Positions 9,947-20,126 of a stretch of DNA of 64,000 nt are shown one piece after another. The stretch covers positions 2,208,001-2,272,000 of the forward strand of contig CAXXLQ010000004.1 in the NCBI GenBank assembly GCA_963668695.2. Reading direction: 5' to 3'. Source of the DNA: Vicinamibacteria bacterium. GTDB taxonomy: Bacteria; Acidobacteriota; Vicinamibacteria; Marinacidobacterales; Marinacidobacteraceae. A program made the translations under genes and the position numbers. Each line of letters opens with the position of its first letter. Positions within the stretch are counted from its first letter, which is position 1. The notes beneath the pieces are model-generated. The model had not been told where the DNA came from and made no database searches. It saw only the letters and a program-made list of their open reading frames with translations.

Positions 9947-10105
9947 TTGGCGAGCGATACCGCGGCGGAAGCACACAGCAGGCTCTGGGTCTTCGGCCCG
10001 GCACGGGACCTCCTGCTGCTGGTCGCCACCCCGATCCTGATCCTGCCCCTCGCCCTGGCCCTCGGGGGCAGGTTCGGCCGGTACTTCAGGCCCCACTGGC
10101 TGTAG
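9947..10105 (+). pseudogene. 5' fragment of a membrane-protein gene
   Basis: AGGA then TTG; reads MASDTAAEAHSRLWVFGPARDLLLLVATPILILPLALALGG and runs into the antisense strand of the truncated TonB receptor. Confidence 0.55.
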
Positions 10106-11139
10106 CCGATCAGCTCGTCCTTCTCGGAGAGTGCCATGTTCACCTTGGTGTAGTAGTTGCGGAGGATCGCCTCTTCCTGGATCTCATTCGGATCGACACC
10201 CGAGATGGCCCGGTGGGTCAGGTTGTTGTTGTAGGCGAGGAAGAACCAGGCCTTGTCCGTCCAGAGCGGGCCGCCCACGTCGGCGTGCGCCTCCCAGTAG
10301 GTGAGCATGTGGTTCGTGCCCGCGCCCCGGCTCTCGAGCTCGGAGGTGAGGTTGTCGCCCACGAAACCCTCGCCGAGGTAGTCCGCATAGAGCAACGACG
10401 AAACCTCGTTACCGCCGGTCTTGATGTCCATCACGATCGTGTTCCCGGCCCAGGCGTTTTCCACGTCCGCGCCGGCGTTCGAGATGTTGAACTGGTTGAC
10501 GGTCAGGCTGTCCATGTAGAAGCCGAAACCGCCGGTGCTGAAGTTGGAGTCCACGCCGTCAATGACGATGCGGTTCTGGTTCCGGAGCCCGAAAGCGTCG
10601 AACCCGGACTGCTGCGCCTTGTGAGAGCCCGCCACGTCGAAGCCGCGCATCCGGATACCCGGGGTGAGCGCCAGCATGGCGTGGGGATCGGTGGAGTTCG
10701 GAACCTCCAGGATCGCCGTGTCATCGAAGGTGCCCCCGAAGCGGCTGGACTTGACGTCCACCACCGGGGACTCCCCGGTCACGGTCACCGTCTCTGCGAC
10801 GGCTGCCACCCCGAGGGTCTGGTTCACCGTGAAGGTCTGCCCCGTGTTGACGGTTACGCCTTCGCGGACGACGGTACCGAAGCCGCCCAGCTCGAAGGTC
10901 ATCGTGTAGCTGCCGGCAGGGAGACCCTGGAACCGGAACGAGCCGTCCACGTCGGTGACGGCGACGCGGCTGCCGAGAAGCCCGGGGGATTCGAGGGTCA
11001 CCGTGACCCCCGGAAGGACGAGCCCCTGCTCGTCCCGCGCGACCCCGTCGAGTCTTCCGGCGGTGATCTGGGCGGCGAGCGACGCCGGGATCAGGAGCAG
11101 CGCGGCGACCGCCACGGATCGCAGCAGAGTTCGTTTCAT
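10070..11139 (-). pseudogene. Truncated TonB-dependent receptor with N-terminal carboxypeptidase-regulatory-like domain
   Basis: AGGAGG SD, signal peptide, G.V.DEQGLVLPGVTVT, ETVTVTGESPVVDV, plug and first barrel strands (GGPLWTDKAWFF). Protein-like sequence ends after ~355 aa, far short of the usual ~900-1000 aa. Confidence 0.8.
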
Positions 11140-11213
11140 GGGCAAGGCCCTCCTTGACGAGAGGCGATTTGGCTCAAAACTCTATGGGACAACACGAACC
11201 GAGGTCGAAATTC

Positions 11214-11266
11214 GCAAGTCGCGCACCAGGGACCGCTTTTCGAAGACTCATCATAAGTCATTGAAA
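11214..11266 (-). promoter_or_regulatory. Candidate sigma54 -24/-12 promoter with upstream IHF-like site
   Basis: Minus strand TGGTGCGCGACTTGC (GG-N10-GC) at 11228-11214 and TTTCAATGACTTA (one mismatch to WATCAANNNNTTR) at 11266-11254, upstream of the TonB receptor gene. Confidence 0.4.
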
Positions 11267-11390
11267 AAACGAAAGTTGTGTGCCGTCTGAGCGATGGCCT
11301 GTTTCCATTCTCCAAAAAGTTGAATTTCGCTTCGGATTCCCGTTCCCGAAATGGGACGCGTGGAAGCAGGCAAGCTCCATAATTCCCCGC

Positions 11391-12230
11391 GTGAAGCACC
11401 GCACGGCTTCTCCCGAACTCCGGACCCGCCTCGGCGTCGCTCCGCGCATCAACCCGGAGGTTGAGGTTCGAACCAGGGTGGGGTTTCTGCGGGCCTACCT
11501 CGTTGCGAGCCGGCAGCGGAGCCTGTGGCTCGCCGTCTCCGGCGGCGTGGATTCGGCGCTCACCGGGCGGCTTTGTTCCCTCGCGGTCGCCGCCGCCAAC
11601 CGGGACGGGGCGGCGTTGTGTTTCGTGGCGGTGCGGCTTCCCTACGGGAGGCAGCGCGATGCAGCCGATGCCGACCGGGTTCTGAAGTGGATCGAACCCT
11701 CGGAAGTGGTCAGCGTGAATATCAGGAGGGCGGTCACGGCCCTGGAAGCGTCACTCCCGAGAGTCCAGCTGGATGCCAGCTCCCAAGCGTCCTGCGACTA
11801 CGCCCGCGGAAACACCAAGGCCCGGATGCGAATGGCGGTGCAGTACCACCTCGCGAACCTGGACGGCGGCCTGGTCGTGGGGACGGATCATTCCGCGGAG
11901 GCGCTCGTCGGGTTTTTCACCAAGTTCGGTGACGGAGGAGCGGACCTGTGTCCGCTCTTCGGGCTGAGCAAACGGCAGGTACGCCAGTTGGCGACCTATC
12001 TGGGAGCGCCGCCCGAGATCGTGGACAAGGAACCCACCGCCGACCTCGAGGATCTGCGTCCGGGCCTACCCGACGAGGAGGCCCTCGGGATCAGCTACCA
12101 GGAGATCGACGACTATCTGGAGGGACTCCCGGTACCCGTTGCCGTTGCCGACCGGATCGAGGCGATCCACCGCGCCACCGAGCACAAACGGCGCGGACCG
12201 GTGGTCCCGCAGGATACGTGGTGGCGGTAG
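11391..12230 (+). CDS. nadE: NH3-dependent NAD+ synthetase
   Basis: SGGVDS, GNTKARMRM, GTDHSAE, GFFTKFGDG, PTADLE, TEHKR. Start codon uncertain. Confidence 0.95.
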   Translation: MKHRTASPELRTRLGVAPRINPEVEVRTRVGFLRAYLVASRQRSLWLAVSGGVDSALTGRLCSLAVAAANRDGAALCFVAVRLPYGRQRDAADADRVLKWIEPSEVVSVNIRRAVTALEASLPRVQLDASSQASCDYARGNTKARMRMAVQYHLANLDGGLVVGTDHSAEALVGFFTKFGDGGADLCPLFGLSKRQVRQLATYLGAPPEIVDKEPTADLEDLRPGLPDEEALGISYQEIDDYLEGLPVPVAVADRIEAIHRATEHKRRGPVVPQDTWWR

Positions 12231-12238
12231 GGGCCAAG

Positions 12239-12590
12239 GTCGGGCGGTCCGGAAGGGGGGCGCCTGACCGGAACGACAGCCGAACGTTAGTTCTCTTGGT
12301 GGGTGCGCCCCCCTTCCGAACCGCCCGGCGCTTCGCGCCGGCTTCCGAAGTGCGGCGAGAGCCGCACGGAGACCCCGGAGCGGGAGGGGTTGGGGTCGGG
12401 GGACCCGACTCCCAGCCCCTCCTGGCTCGGGAATCGAAACTCCCTTGCGCGCCTTCGGCGCGCGGCGGCGAGTTCCGATTGGTCGTTGTTGATTTGTGAA
12501 AGGGGAGAATTCCCCCTTTCACGCATTCCCCCGAAATCGTCGGCAGCGAACGGAGTTCGCTGCCATTTGTTTCTTCGCGCGGTTGGCCGT
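12239..12590 (+). repeat. Family A multi-hairpin repeat, complete unit
   Basis: 81-nt variable-loop hairpin at 12244-12324 followed by all conserved hairpin modules. Confidence 0.85.
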
Positions 12591-12642
12591 ACGCCACATT
12601 TCCTGAAGCGCGGGGACGGCTTGCACCGCCCCGCGTAGCGGG

Positions 12643-12795
12643 GCGGAAGCGCGTAGTGTTGATCCCTCTTCGGGTGCTGGAGGGGCGCTGGCCTGCCCGG
12701 TGGCGTGAGGCTGGAGGGAGACTACGCGCTTCCGCCGTCGCTGGCCGTGAGGATGGACGGCGCGGCCTTCGCTCGCCTGCGGCGGGCGAAGCGCC
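12643..12795. repeat. Inverted repeat and hairpin downstream of the thioesterase gene
   Basis: GCGGAAGCGCGTAGT...ACTACGCGCTTCCGC (15-bp IR, ~63-nt loop) and TTCGCTCGCC-TGC-GGCGGGCGAA. Confidence 0.5.
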
Positions 12796-12796
12796 C

Positions 12797-13399
12797 CTAC
12801 GCCTGCTGGAGGAGGTAGGTCGCCAGACCGGCGGCGACCACGCGGTCGTTGTCTTCCACGACTTCGATGCGGCAGGAAACGAGCGTGCGGCCCTTCCGCA
12901 CCACCTCGCCGATGGCCAGGAGGTCGCCCTGAACCACCCCCAGGATGTTCACCTTGTATTCCACCAGGCGGATTCCCACCGCGGGGGCCACGGAAGCGGC
13001 GGCGAGGTGCCCGGCGGCCACGCAGAGCGTGCCGATGATTCCTCCCTCAAGCGGACCGGGTTCGGTATTTCTGGTCTCGCCGGGAAGATGGATCCGGGAA
13101 ACACCGTTGTCGGCGTAGTCGAGCCGGAGCCCCGTCTGCCCTGCGATCGGGGCGTTATCGAGTTCTTTTTGCAAACGGCGGCGCAGCGTCAGCCGTTCGC
13201 GCCCGTAGCCGCTCTCGGTCGGTTCGGATTCGCTCAGCACGACCGGTTCGAACTCACGGACCGGATCGGGTCCCGTGTTCGTGGACTTGGCTTCCACCGC
13301 GCCACGGCGGCGTGCGTGGAAGGACTCGGCGGCCGACCGCGTACGCCGGGGAGGGCTTTCGGCCTGCGCTGTGCGCGTGCCGGAGTCGGAGTTGCTCAA
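12797..13399 (-). CDS. PaaI-family hotdog thioesterase-like protein
   Basis: N..GPLEGGII.TL, VEYKVNIL, GEVVRKGRTL, VAAGLATY. N-terminus and start uncertain. Confidence 0.75.
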   Translation of the reverse strand: MSNSDSGTRTAQAESPPRRTRSAAESFHARRRGAVEAKSTNTGPDPVREFEPVVLSESEPTESGYGRERLTLRRRLQKELDNAPIAGQTGLRLDYADNGVSRIHLPGETRNTEPGPLEGGIIGTLCVAAGHLAAASVAPAVGIRLVEYKVNILGVVQGDLLAIGEVVRKGRTLVSCRIEVVEDNDRVVAAGLATYLLQQA

Positions 13400-13599
13400 C
13401 GGATTCGCTCCCCTCGATCGGAGGTCCAGATCCCCCCAGCCGCCGAATCAGCCACAGCAACGCCTAGCGCAAGAGGGGAGCGAAATACAACCGGAAGCCG
13501 AAACCACCGGCCAGTGACGAAGATCACCTAACCGGCCATGTTACCACCGGAAAACGATCCCGGCGCGTAACATTCCGGTTTCTCGACCGGAAGAAAGCA

Positions 13600-15039
13600 A
13601 TGAATCATAATACCAACGAAGCCTTCGACCTCGTGGTCATCGGGAGCGGCCCCGGAGGCTACGTGGCCGCCCTGAAGGCCCGGGCCGCCGGACTACGGAC
13701 GGCGATCGTGGAGAAGGAAGAGCGCTTCGGCGGCACCTGTCTTCACGTCGGCTGCATTCCGAGCAAGGTGTTCCTTCATACCGCGTCGCTGCTCGACGAG
13801 ATCCGGGCGGCGAACAAGGTCGGCATCACGGTGGCGGATCCGGCCCTCGATTGGAACGGACTGAAGCGCCGCAGTCGCCGGGTGATCGCCAAACTCGCCG
13901 GCGGCGTTTCGCTGCTTTTGAAGCGCGCGGGTGTCGAAACAGTTCGGGGATTCGGGAGACTGGCCGGTCCCGGTCGGGTCGAGGTCATCCCCGCGGAATC
14001 CGCCGAGGCGGGCGCCGCGCCCGGGGAGGCAGTGCGGTTCCTCAGTACTCGCAATGTGATCCTCGCGACCGGTTCCGAGGCCAGGACGCTGCCCTTCCTG
14101 CCGGTGGACGGCGATCGGATACTGACCAACGCGGAGATGTTCTCGCTTGATGAGCTTCCCGCCCGGTTAGGCATCATCGGGGCCGGGGCGGTGGGCGCGG
14201 AGTTTGCCTCCATGTTCCGTAGCTACGGCTCCCGCGTGGAACTCTTCGAGGTGCTGCCCCGCGTGCTGCCGCTCGAAGATGCTGAAGTCTCCGAAGTGGT
14301 GGGCAGGGCGTTTCGCAAACGGAAGATCCAGGTGCGAACCGAAGCCCGAGTGGAGGCCGCCGACGTCGTGGAAACGGGCGTTCAGGTCCGCTACCGCGTG
14401 GGTGAGGAGACCACGACAGCCGAATACGACCGGCTGCTGGTAGCGGTGGGCCGGGCTCCGCGGACGACGGATATCGGGCTCGAGACCGTCGGAGTCGAGC
14501 TGGAAAGGGGCGGCTTCATCCCGGTGGACTTAGCGTGCCGGACCAGGGCGCAAGGCGTCTTCGCCATCGGGGACGTCTTGGGGAGCGCCCAGCTGGCCCA
14601 CGTGGCCTCCGCCGAGGCGGAGGTGGCGGTAGCGACCATCGCCGGCCAGGACGTTCGGCCCCTTCGGCGGGACCGGATGCCGGCGGCCACCTACTGCGTA
14701 CCGGAGGTCGGCTCGGTCGGGCTTACCGAGGAAGCGGCCGCCGCTGCCGGTCACGAGATCCGGGTGGGCCGCTTCCCATTCGCCGCGAACAGCAAGGCGA
14801 ACATCCTGGGAGATCCGACCGGTTTCGTGAAGGTGGTCGCCGAGGCGCGCTATGGAGAGGTGCTCGGAGTCCACATCGTCGGCCCGCACGCCACCGACCT
14901 GATCGCCGAAGCGGTGGTCGCGCTCGAGCACGAAGCGACCCTGGAGTCGCTCGCGCGCAGCGTCCATCCTCACCCCACGCTTTCCGAAGCGGTGTCCGAA
15001 GCGGCGCTCGCTGCTTCCGGCACGCCCCTTCACGTTTAA
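13600..15039 (+). CDS. lpdA: Dihydrolipoyl dehydrogenase (E3)
   Basis: GSGPGGY, GGTCLHVGCIPSK redox motif, GAGAVG, HPHPTLSE. Confidence 0.96.
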   Translation: MNHNTNEAFDLVVIGSGPGGYVAALKARAAGLRTAIVEKEERFGGTCLHVGCIPSKVFLHTASLLDEIRAANKVGITVADPALDWNGLKRRSRRVIAKLAGGVSLLLKRAGVETVRGFGRLAGPGRVEVIPAESAEAGAAPGEAVRFLSTRNVILATGSEARTLPFLPVDGDRILTNAEMFSLDELPARLGIIGAGAVGAEFASMFRSYGSRVELFEVLPRVLPLEDAEVSEVVGRAFRKRKIQVRTEARVEAADVVETGVQVRYRVGEETTTAEYDRLLVAVGRAPRTTDIGLETVGVELERGGFIPVDLACRTRAQGVFAIGDVLGSAQLAHVASAEAEVAVATIAGQDVRPLRRDRMPAATYCVPEVGSVGLTEEAAAAAGHEIRVGRFPFAANSKANILGDPTGFVKVVAEARYGEVLGVHIVGPHATDLIAEAVVALEHEATLESLARSVHPHPTLSEAVSEAALAASGTPLHV

Positions 15040-15713
15040 CAGCCTGTGGCGAAACCAACGCGGCCCAGTTCTCCCGGTGGGGGCTCGACCGGCGATCCAT
15101 CCCGGCTGAACCACTGCGCTTCGCTGCGTTCTGCGTTGCGTTTCGGTCGAAATACACCCGGGCCAGTTCTCCCGGTGGGGGCTCCTCCCTCACGCGCCTT
15201 GTCAGTCGGGCGTCTCGCCCCCGCCGGGAGAACTGGCCAACCTCGGCGCTCACGTGGGTTTCACCACCGGCTGTTAGCAGCCCGTGGACAAAGTGAACCG
15301 GCATTTGAGCCGCGATCCATCCCGGCCAAACAGCCTGTGATGAAACCCACGCGGCCCAGTTCTCCCGGTGGGGGCTCGGCCGGCGAACCATCCCGGCTGA
15401 CCGCGTCGCTTCGCGCCGCTCATCGTTGCGTTTCGGTCGAAATACACCCGGGCCAGTTCTCCCGGTGGGGGTTCCTCCCTCACGCGCCTTGTCAGTCGGG
15501 CGTCTCACCGGCCTCGGCTCTCACGCGGGTTCCACCACCGGCTGTTCACCGCCCCGCTTCGCGGTGCTCATCGTTGCGCATCGGTCGGAATACGCTTGGT
15601 ATTCCTCCCTTGCGCGCCTTGTCAGCCGGGCCCCCACCGGGAGGACTGGCCCCACCGGGAGAACTGAGCCTCGCCGCTCTCGGTGCTCCCCCCACTTTAT
15701 CCACGGGCTGCTG
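15037..15713. mobile_element. Family B MITE, two adjacent or composite copies between lpdA and lipB
   Basis: TA-ACAGCCTGTGGCG...CACCACCGGCTGT-TA, then GCAGCCCGTGGACAAAGTG...CACTTTATCCACGGGCTGC, sharing the internal modules of the other copies. Confidence 0.8.
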
Positions 15714-16460
15714 ATGCGCCATTCGGGCGAGGCCGGCGCCAGTACCCCCGCAGCACCGCCGCTCTGGCGACTCGACGTGCGGCCGCTCGGCTACCGTCGC
15801 GCCTGGGAGTTGCAGCGGGAACTGGTCGGACGTCGGCAGCGGGAAGAAATCCCGGATGTACTTCTTCTCACCGAGCATCCGCCGGTTTTCACGCTGGGGA
15901 AGAGCGCCCACCGCGAACACCTCCTGGCGCCGCCGGCAGAACTCGCCGGTCGGGGCGCCGAGGTGATCGAGACGGATCGTGGCGGAGACGTGACCTTTCA
16001 CGGCCCCGGCCAGCTCGTCGCTTACCCGATCGTGCATCTGGCCGGCTGGAAGAAAGACGTCCACGCCTACCTGCGGGCGCTGGAGGCGGCCGCCATCGAA
16101 ACGGCGGCGTGGTTCGGGACGGCGGCGACGCGCCGTGAGGGGCTGACCGGGGTGTGGTGCTGCGCCGGAGGCGCTCCCCGCAAACTGGCTTCGATCGGGG
16201 TCCGGGTGTCGCGCTGGGTGGCCTCGCACGGCCTGGCTCTCAACGTGACCACCGATCTCGGCTGGTTCTCGCACATCGTGCCGTGCGGCATCCGGGATTC
16301 GGCGACCACCTCGCTCGAGCTCGAAACCGCGCGCTCGCTCACGGTGGACGCGGTGGCGGATCGGCTGGCGGTCTCGCTCGCCGGCGTCATGGGGCGCCGG
16401 ATTGCGGCCGCGCCGGATTCCTTCGCCGCCGAGTTCGGCTGCTCGCGCGCGCCTTCGTAG
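15714..16460 (+). CDS. lipB: Lipoyl(octanoyl) transferase
   Basis: EHPPVFTLG, DRGGDVTFHGPGQLVAYP, KLASIG, SHGLALNV, IVPCG. Confidence 0.95.
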   Translation: MRHSGEAGASTPAAPPLWRLDVRPLGYRRAWELQRELVGRRQREEIPDVLLLTEHPPVFTLGKSAHREHLLAPPAELAGRGAEVIETDRGGDVTFHGPGQLVAYPIVHLAGWKKDVHAYLRALEAAAIETAAWFGTAATRREGLTGVWCCAGGAPRKLASIGVRVSRWVASHGLALNVTTDLGWFSHIVPCGIRDSATTSLELETARSLTVDAVADRLAVSLAGVMGRRIAAAPDSFAAEFGCSRAPS

Positions 16461-16483
16461 GGGAACCCACCGCCAGGAACGCC

Positions 16484-17464
16484 GTGCCCGTCACCTACTT
16501 CGAGGCCATCCGCCGGGCGCTGCGCTCGGAGATGGAACGCGATCCCCGGGTGATCCTGCTCGGCGAAGACATCGGACTCTACGGCGGTGCCTTCCGTTTG
16601 ACGGACGGCTTCCTCGATGACTTCGGACCGGAGCGGGTACTCGACACTCCAATCAGCGAGGAGGGATTCACCGGGGTTGCCGTGGGCGCGGCGCTTGCCG
16701 GATTCCGTCCGGTCGTGGAGTTCCAGTTCATGGATTTCATCGCGAGTGCGTTCAACATGGTCACGAACTTCGCCGCGAAGAGCCGCTACCGCGCCGGCGC
16801 GGCAGTTCCCATCGTGCTTCGCGGCCCTTCCGGCGCCGGAGTCCGCGCCGGACCGTTCCATTCACAAAGTCCCGAGGCCCACTTTGCCCACACTCCGGGG
16901 ATCAAGGTGGTGGCGCCCGCGACCGCGCCGGACGCCGCGGGCCTCCTCCGGGCCGCGATCCGCGACGACGATCCGGTTCTGTTCCTCGAGCACAAACGGC
17001 TCTATCGGAGCCTCCGGGTTCCAGATGACGAGTTCGAGCGAGCGCCGGAAGTGATTCCCTTGGGAAGAGCGGCGATTCGGCGGGCAGGGGACGCACTCAC
17101 GATCGCCTCCTACGGGGCGGCGGTATGGATGGCGCTCGAGGCCGCGGAACGACTGGCTGCCGAGGGGGTCGAGGCGGAGGTGCTGGACCTGCGCTGTCTG
17201 GTCCCGCTCGATCGGGAGGCGGTCTTCGATTCCGTCCGGCGCACCAGCCGGTTGCTGGTGCTCCACGAGGCCAACCTGACCGGGGGTTTCGGCGGCGAGA
17301 TCGCAGCGCTGGCCGCCGAACACCTCTTCGGTGATCTGGACGCGCCAGTGACCCGGATCGCGGCGGCCGATACCCCGGTGCCCTATGCCGCGGAACTCGA
17401 GGATGCGGTGCTGCCGAACGCCACCCAGGTCGTCGAAGCGGCGCGCCGGTTGGTGCGGTACTGA
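16484..17464 (+). CDS. 2-oxo acid dehydrogenase E1 beta subunit
   Basis: GEDIG..GG.F, DTPISE, EFQFMDF, GPFHSQSPE, FLEHKRLY. GTG start at 16484. Confidence 0.93.
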   Translation: MPVTYFEAIRRALRSEMERDPRVILLGEDIGLYGGAFRLTDGFLDDFGPERVLDTPISEEGFTGVAVGAALAGFRPVVEFQFMDFIASAFNMVTNFAAKSRYRAGAAVPIVLRGPSGAGVRAGPFHSQSPEAHFAHTPGIKVVAPATAPDAAGLLRAAIRDDDPVLFLEHKRLYRSLRVPDDEFERAPEVIPLGRAAIRRAGDALTIASYGAAVWMALEAAERLAAEGVEAEVLDLRCLVPLDREAVFDSVRRTSRLLVLHEANLTGGFGGEIAALAAEHLFGDLDAPVTRIAAADTPVPYAAELEDAVLPNATQVVEAARRLVRY

Positions 17465-17539
17465 TTCCCAGGCCTGCTCTTGGCGAGGCAGTCCTGACCA
17501 GCGCCCCGTTCCGGTGGCGTACAGCGGTCCGAGCCGAGA

Positions 17540-17785
17540 AGCGGCTGCCGGCAGCGAACTTTGTTCGCTGCCCGCGTTATCGGGGGAAAGTGTGAAAGGG
17601 GGGATTCTCCTCTTTCACAAGAAGGTAACGACAAATCGGAACTCGCCGCCGCGCGCGGGGAGCGCGCAAGGGAGTTTTGATTTGCGGCGCGCAGCGCCGG
17701 GCGGTCCGGGCACGGGGCGAACCAAGCAGACCCATGCCACGAAACACCACCGGCAATGCTGGTGCGCCCCGTTCCCGGACCGCTA
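17540..17785 (-). repeat. Family A multi-hairpin repeat (minus orientation, abutting the lipA stop)
   Basis: 83-nt variable-loop hairpin at 17701-17783 plus reverse-complement copies of the AATC...GATT, GTGAAAG...CTTTCAC and GGCAGCGAAC...GTTCGCTGCC modules. Confidence 0.8.
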
Positions 17786-18706
17786 GGGGATCTGGTTCGC
17801 GGCGTGGTACGAACTTCTCACCAGCGGGCCCGCCTCCACGTGACGGAGCCCGATCGCCTTGCCCCGCTCGGCAACCGCGCGGAACTCGTCCGGCGGGACA
17901 AAGCGCTCGACGGGCAGATGCGCGGGAGTGGGCTGGAGGTATTGGCCCGCGGTGAGAATGTCCACGGAATTCCGCACGAGGTCTGCCATTAGCGAATCCA
18001 GTTCGTCGGCGGTCTCCCCGAGTCCGAGCATCACTCCGGTCTTGGTGAGCGCTTCCGGCCGGAGTTCCTTGGCGCGGCGGAGCAGGTCCAGCGAGCGCTG
18101 GTAGCGGGCGCCGGGACGGACGGCCTTGTAGAGGCGCGGCACCGTTTCCACGTTGTGGTTGAGGACCTCCGGGGCCTCCGCCATCACGATGGCGAGCGCC
18201 GCCGCATCCCCCTGGAAATCCGGAATCAACACCTCGACGGTGGTTTCCGGACAGCGCCGCCGGACCGCGCGGATGGTTTCTGCGAAGATTCCGGCGCCCC
18301 CGTCGGCGAGGTCGTCGCGGTTCACCGAAGTGATCACCGCATGGCGGAGATCCATGAGTTCGACGGCGTCCGCGACCCGCTCGGGTTCCTCGAGATCGAG
18401 GCCCACCGGGCGCCCGGTGGTCACTGCGCAGAACCGGCAGGCACGCGTGCAGATGTCACCCAGGATCATGAACGTCGCGGTTCCCTGGCCCCAGCATTCC
18501 GCGACGTTCGGGCAGCGCGCCTCTTCGCACACCGTGTGGAGGTTCTTCTCGCGAAGCAGCCTTCTGAGGCGCGCCCAGGCGGGGCCGGAGGGCATCCGCA
18601 CCTTGAGCCAATCCGGCCGGGGATGGCGCGCGGGTTTCGGTCCCGCTCCGGCGGTGGGGCTCAGCCCCGATCCGATGACCGGCAGGGGAACGACGGCGCC
18701 TGTCAA
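17783..18706 (-). CDS. lipA: Lipoyl synthase
   Basis: CEEARCPNVAEC, CTRACRFC, NHNVETV, VRSSYHA. Confidence 0.97.
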   Translation of the reverse strand: MTGAVVPLPVIGSGLSPTAGAGPKPARHPRPDWLKVRMPSGPAWARLRRLLREKNLHTVCEEARCPNVAECWGQGTATFMILGDICTRACRFCAVTTGRPVGLDLEEPERVADAVELMDLRHAVITSVNRDDLADGGAGIFAETIRAVRRRCPETTVEVLIPDFQGDAAALAIVMAEAPEVLNHNVETVPRLYKAVRPGARYQRSLDLLRRAKELRPEALTKTGVMLGLGETADELDSLMADLVRNSVDILTAGQYLQPTPAHLPVERFVPPDEFRAVAERGKAIGLRHVEAGPLVRSSYHAANQIP

Positions 18707-20088
18707 GGACGGAGGTCGCCCTCGGGCCAGTTTTCGAGGCGGGACTTCACGGCCGCCATGAACTGGTCCGCGACCGCGCCGTCGATCAGGCGATGGTCGA
18801 ACGACAGCGCCAGGAACACCATGGAACGCACCGCGATGGCGTCCCCGTCCACGACCACCGGCCGCTTGTGAACGCCCCCGACTCCCAGAATCGCGACCTG
18901 CGGTTGGGCGATGATGGGAGTGCCGAAGAGCGCCCCGAAGGGACCCGGGTTCGTGATCGTAAAGGTGCCGCCCTGAACCTCGTCAGGGGTAAGCCCCCCG
19001 GTGCGGGCCCGCTTGGCCAGATCGGTGATTCCCCGGGCCAGCCCCATGAAGTTCCTTTCGTCGGCGCGCGCGAGTACCGGCACGATGAGCCCGTCCGGAA
19101 GGGCAACGGCGATGCCCAGATTCACGTTCCGGTGGTACACGACGTGGTCATCGCCGAGCGAAGCGTTCAGGACCGGGAACTCGCCGAGCGCGTCAATCGT
19201 CGCCTGGGCGAAGAACGGCATCAGGGTGAGCCGCACGCCGGCGCGCTCCTCGAAGGCCGTCCCGTTCGAGGCCCGGACGGCGACCACCCGCGACACGTCG
19301 ACCTCGAACACCGTGGTGACGTGAGCCGAGGTCCGGCGGGAGCGGATCATGTGATCGGCAATGGACCGCCGCATGTGGGAGAGTGGTTCGGTCCGGTCGC
19401 TTTCCGAGGCTTCCGGAACCTCGGGAAACGGCTCGGCTGGAACCAGGGCAGGCGTCGGAACGTCGTCGCTCGTCTCCGCCGGGGGCGCGGCGGGAGCCGG
19501 GAGCGGTTCGACCGCCGCGGGTTCCGGAGGAGCGGAGGGAGCGGCGGTTTCGGCCTGGGCTGCATCGCGGCCTTCCAGGAAGGCGAGCATGTCCTGTTTG
19601 CTGACCCGTCCGCCTTCGCCGGTCCCGGGAATGCTGGCGAGGTCCACGCCCTGTTCCCGCGCCATGCGCCGCACGAGCGGCGAACTGCGCGGCTGACGGC
19701 CGACGCTCTTGGCGCGCGCCCCCTCCCCATCGAGCGAGGGCGCCGGCGCTTCGGAGGCGGCCTCGCCGCCGCCGTCATCGGTCTCCGGAGCACCGGCCGG
19801 TGTCGGTTCGCCCGCCGGCTCCTGCGGTTCGCCGGGGGACCAGACTTCGCCTTCCGCCGCAATCCGGCCGACGACGGTGTTCACCGTGACGGTTTCGCCC
19901 TCCGGAACCAGGATCTCTACGAGACGCCCGGTGAGCGCCGCGGGAACCTCGGTATCCACCTTGTCGGTCGCGATGTCGAAGAGGGGATCATCCCGTTCGA
20001 CGGTGTCGCCGACCGCGACCCGCCACTTGGTGATCGTCCCCTCGGTGATGCTCTCGCCCATCTGGGGCATGATGATGTCGCTGGGCAC
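18703..20088 (-). CDS. 2-oxo acid dehydrogenase E2 dihydrolipoamide acyltransferase
   Basis: Lipoyl domain PQMGES...TDKV, E3-binding SSPLVRRMARE...GTG.GGRVSK.D, catalytic DHRLIDG. Confidence 0.95.
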   Translation of the reverse strand: MPSDIIMPQMGESITEGTITKWRVAVGDTVERDDPLFDIATDKVDTEVPAALTGRLVEILVPEGETVTVNTVVGRIAAEGEVWSPGEPQEPAGEPTPAGAPETDDGGGEAASEAPAPSLDGEGARAKSVGRQPRSSPLVRRMAREQGVDLASIPGTGEGGRVSKQDMLAFLEGRDAAQAETAAPSAPPEPAAVEPLPAPAAPPAETSDDVPTPALVPAEPFPEVPEASESDRTEPLSHMRRSIADHMIRSRRTSAHVTTVFEVDVSRVVAVRASNGTAFEERAGVRLTLMPFFAQATIDALGEFPVLNASLGDDHVVYHRNVNLGIAVALPDGLIVPVLARADERNFMGLARGITDLAKRARTGGLTPDEVQGGTFTITNPGPFGALFGTPIIAQPQVAILGVGGVHKRPVVVDGDAIAVRSMVFLALSFDHRLIDGAVADQFMAAVKSRLENWPEGDLRP

Positions 20089-20126
20089 GGGTCGGGAATT
20101 CTATTGCGAGCGGAGTGGCGGCTTCC

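Noticed and set aside
12340-12400. Group II intron domain V/VI remnant (GTGCGGCGAGAGCCGCACG and GGTTCGGAAGGGGGG look similar)
   Set aside because: No AGC/CGC catalytic triad stem in the proper place, the order of the two look-alike parts is reversed, and there is no RT/maturase. An Rfam search would settle it.
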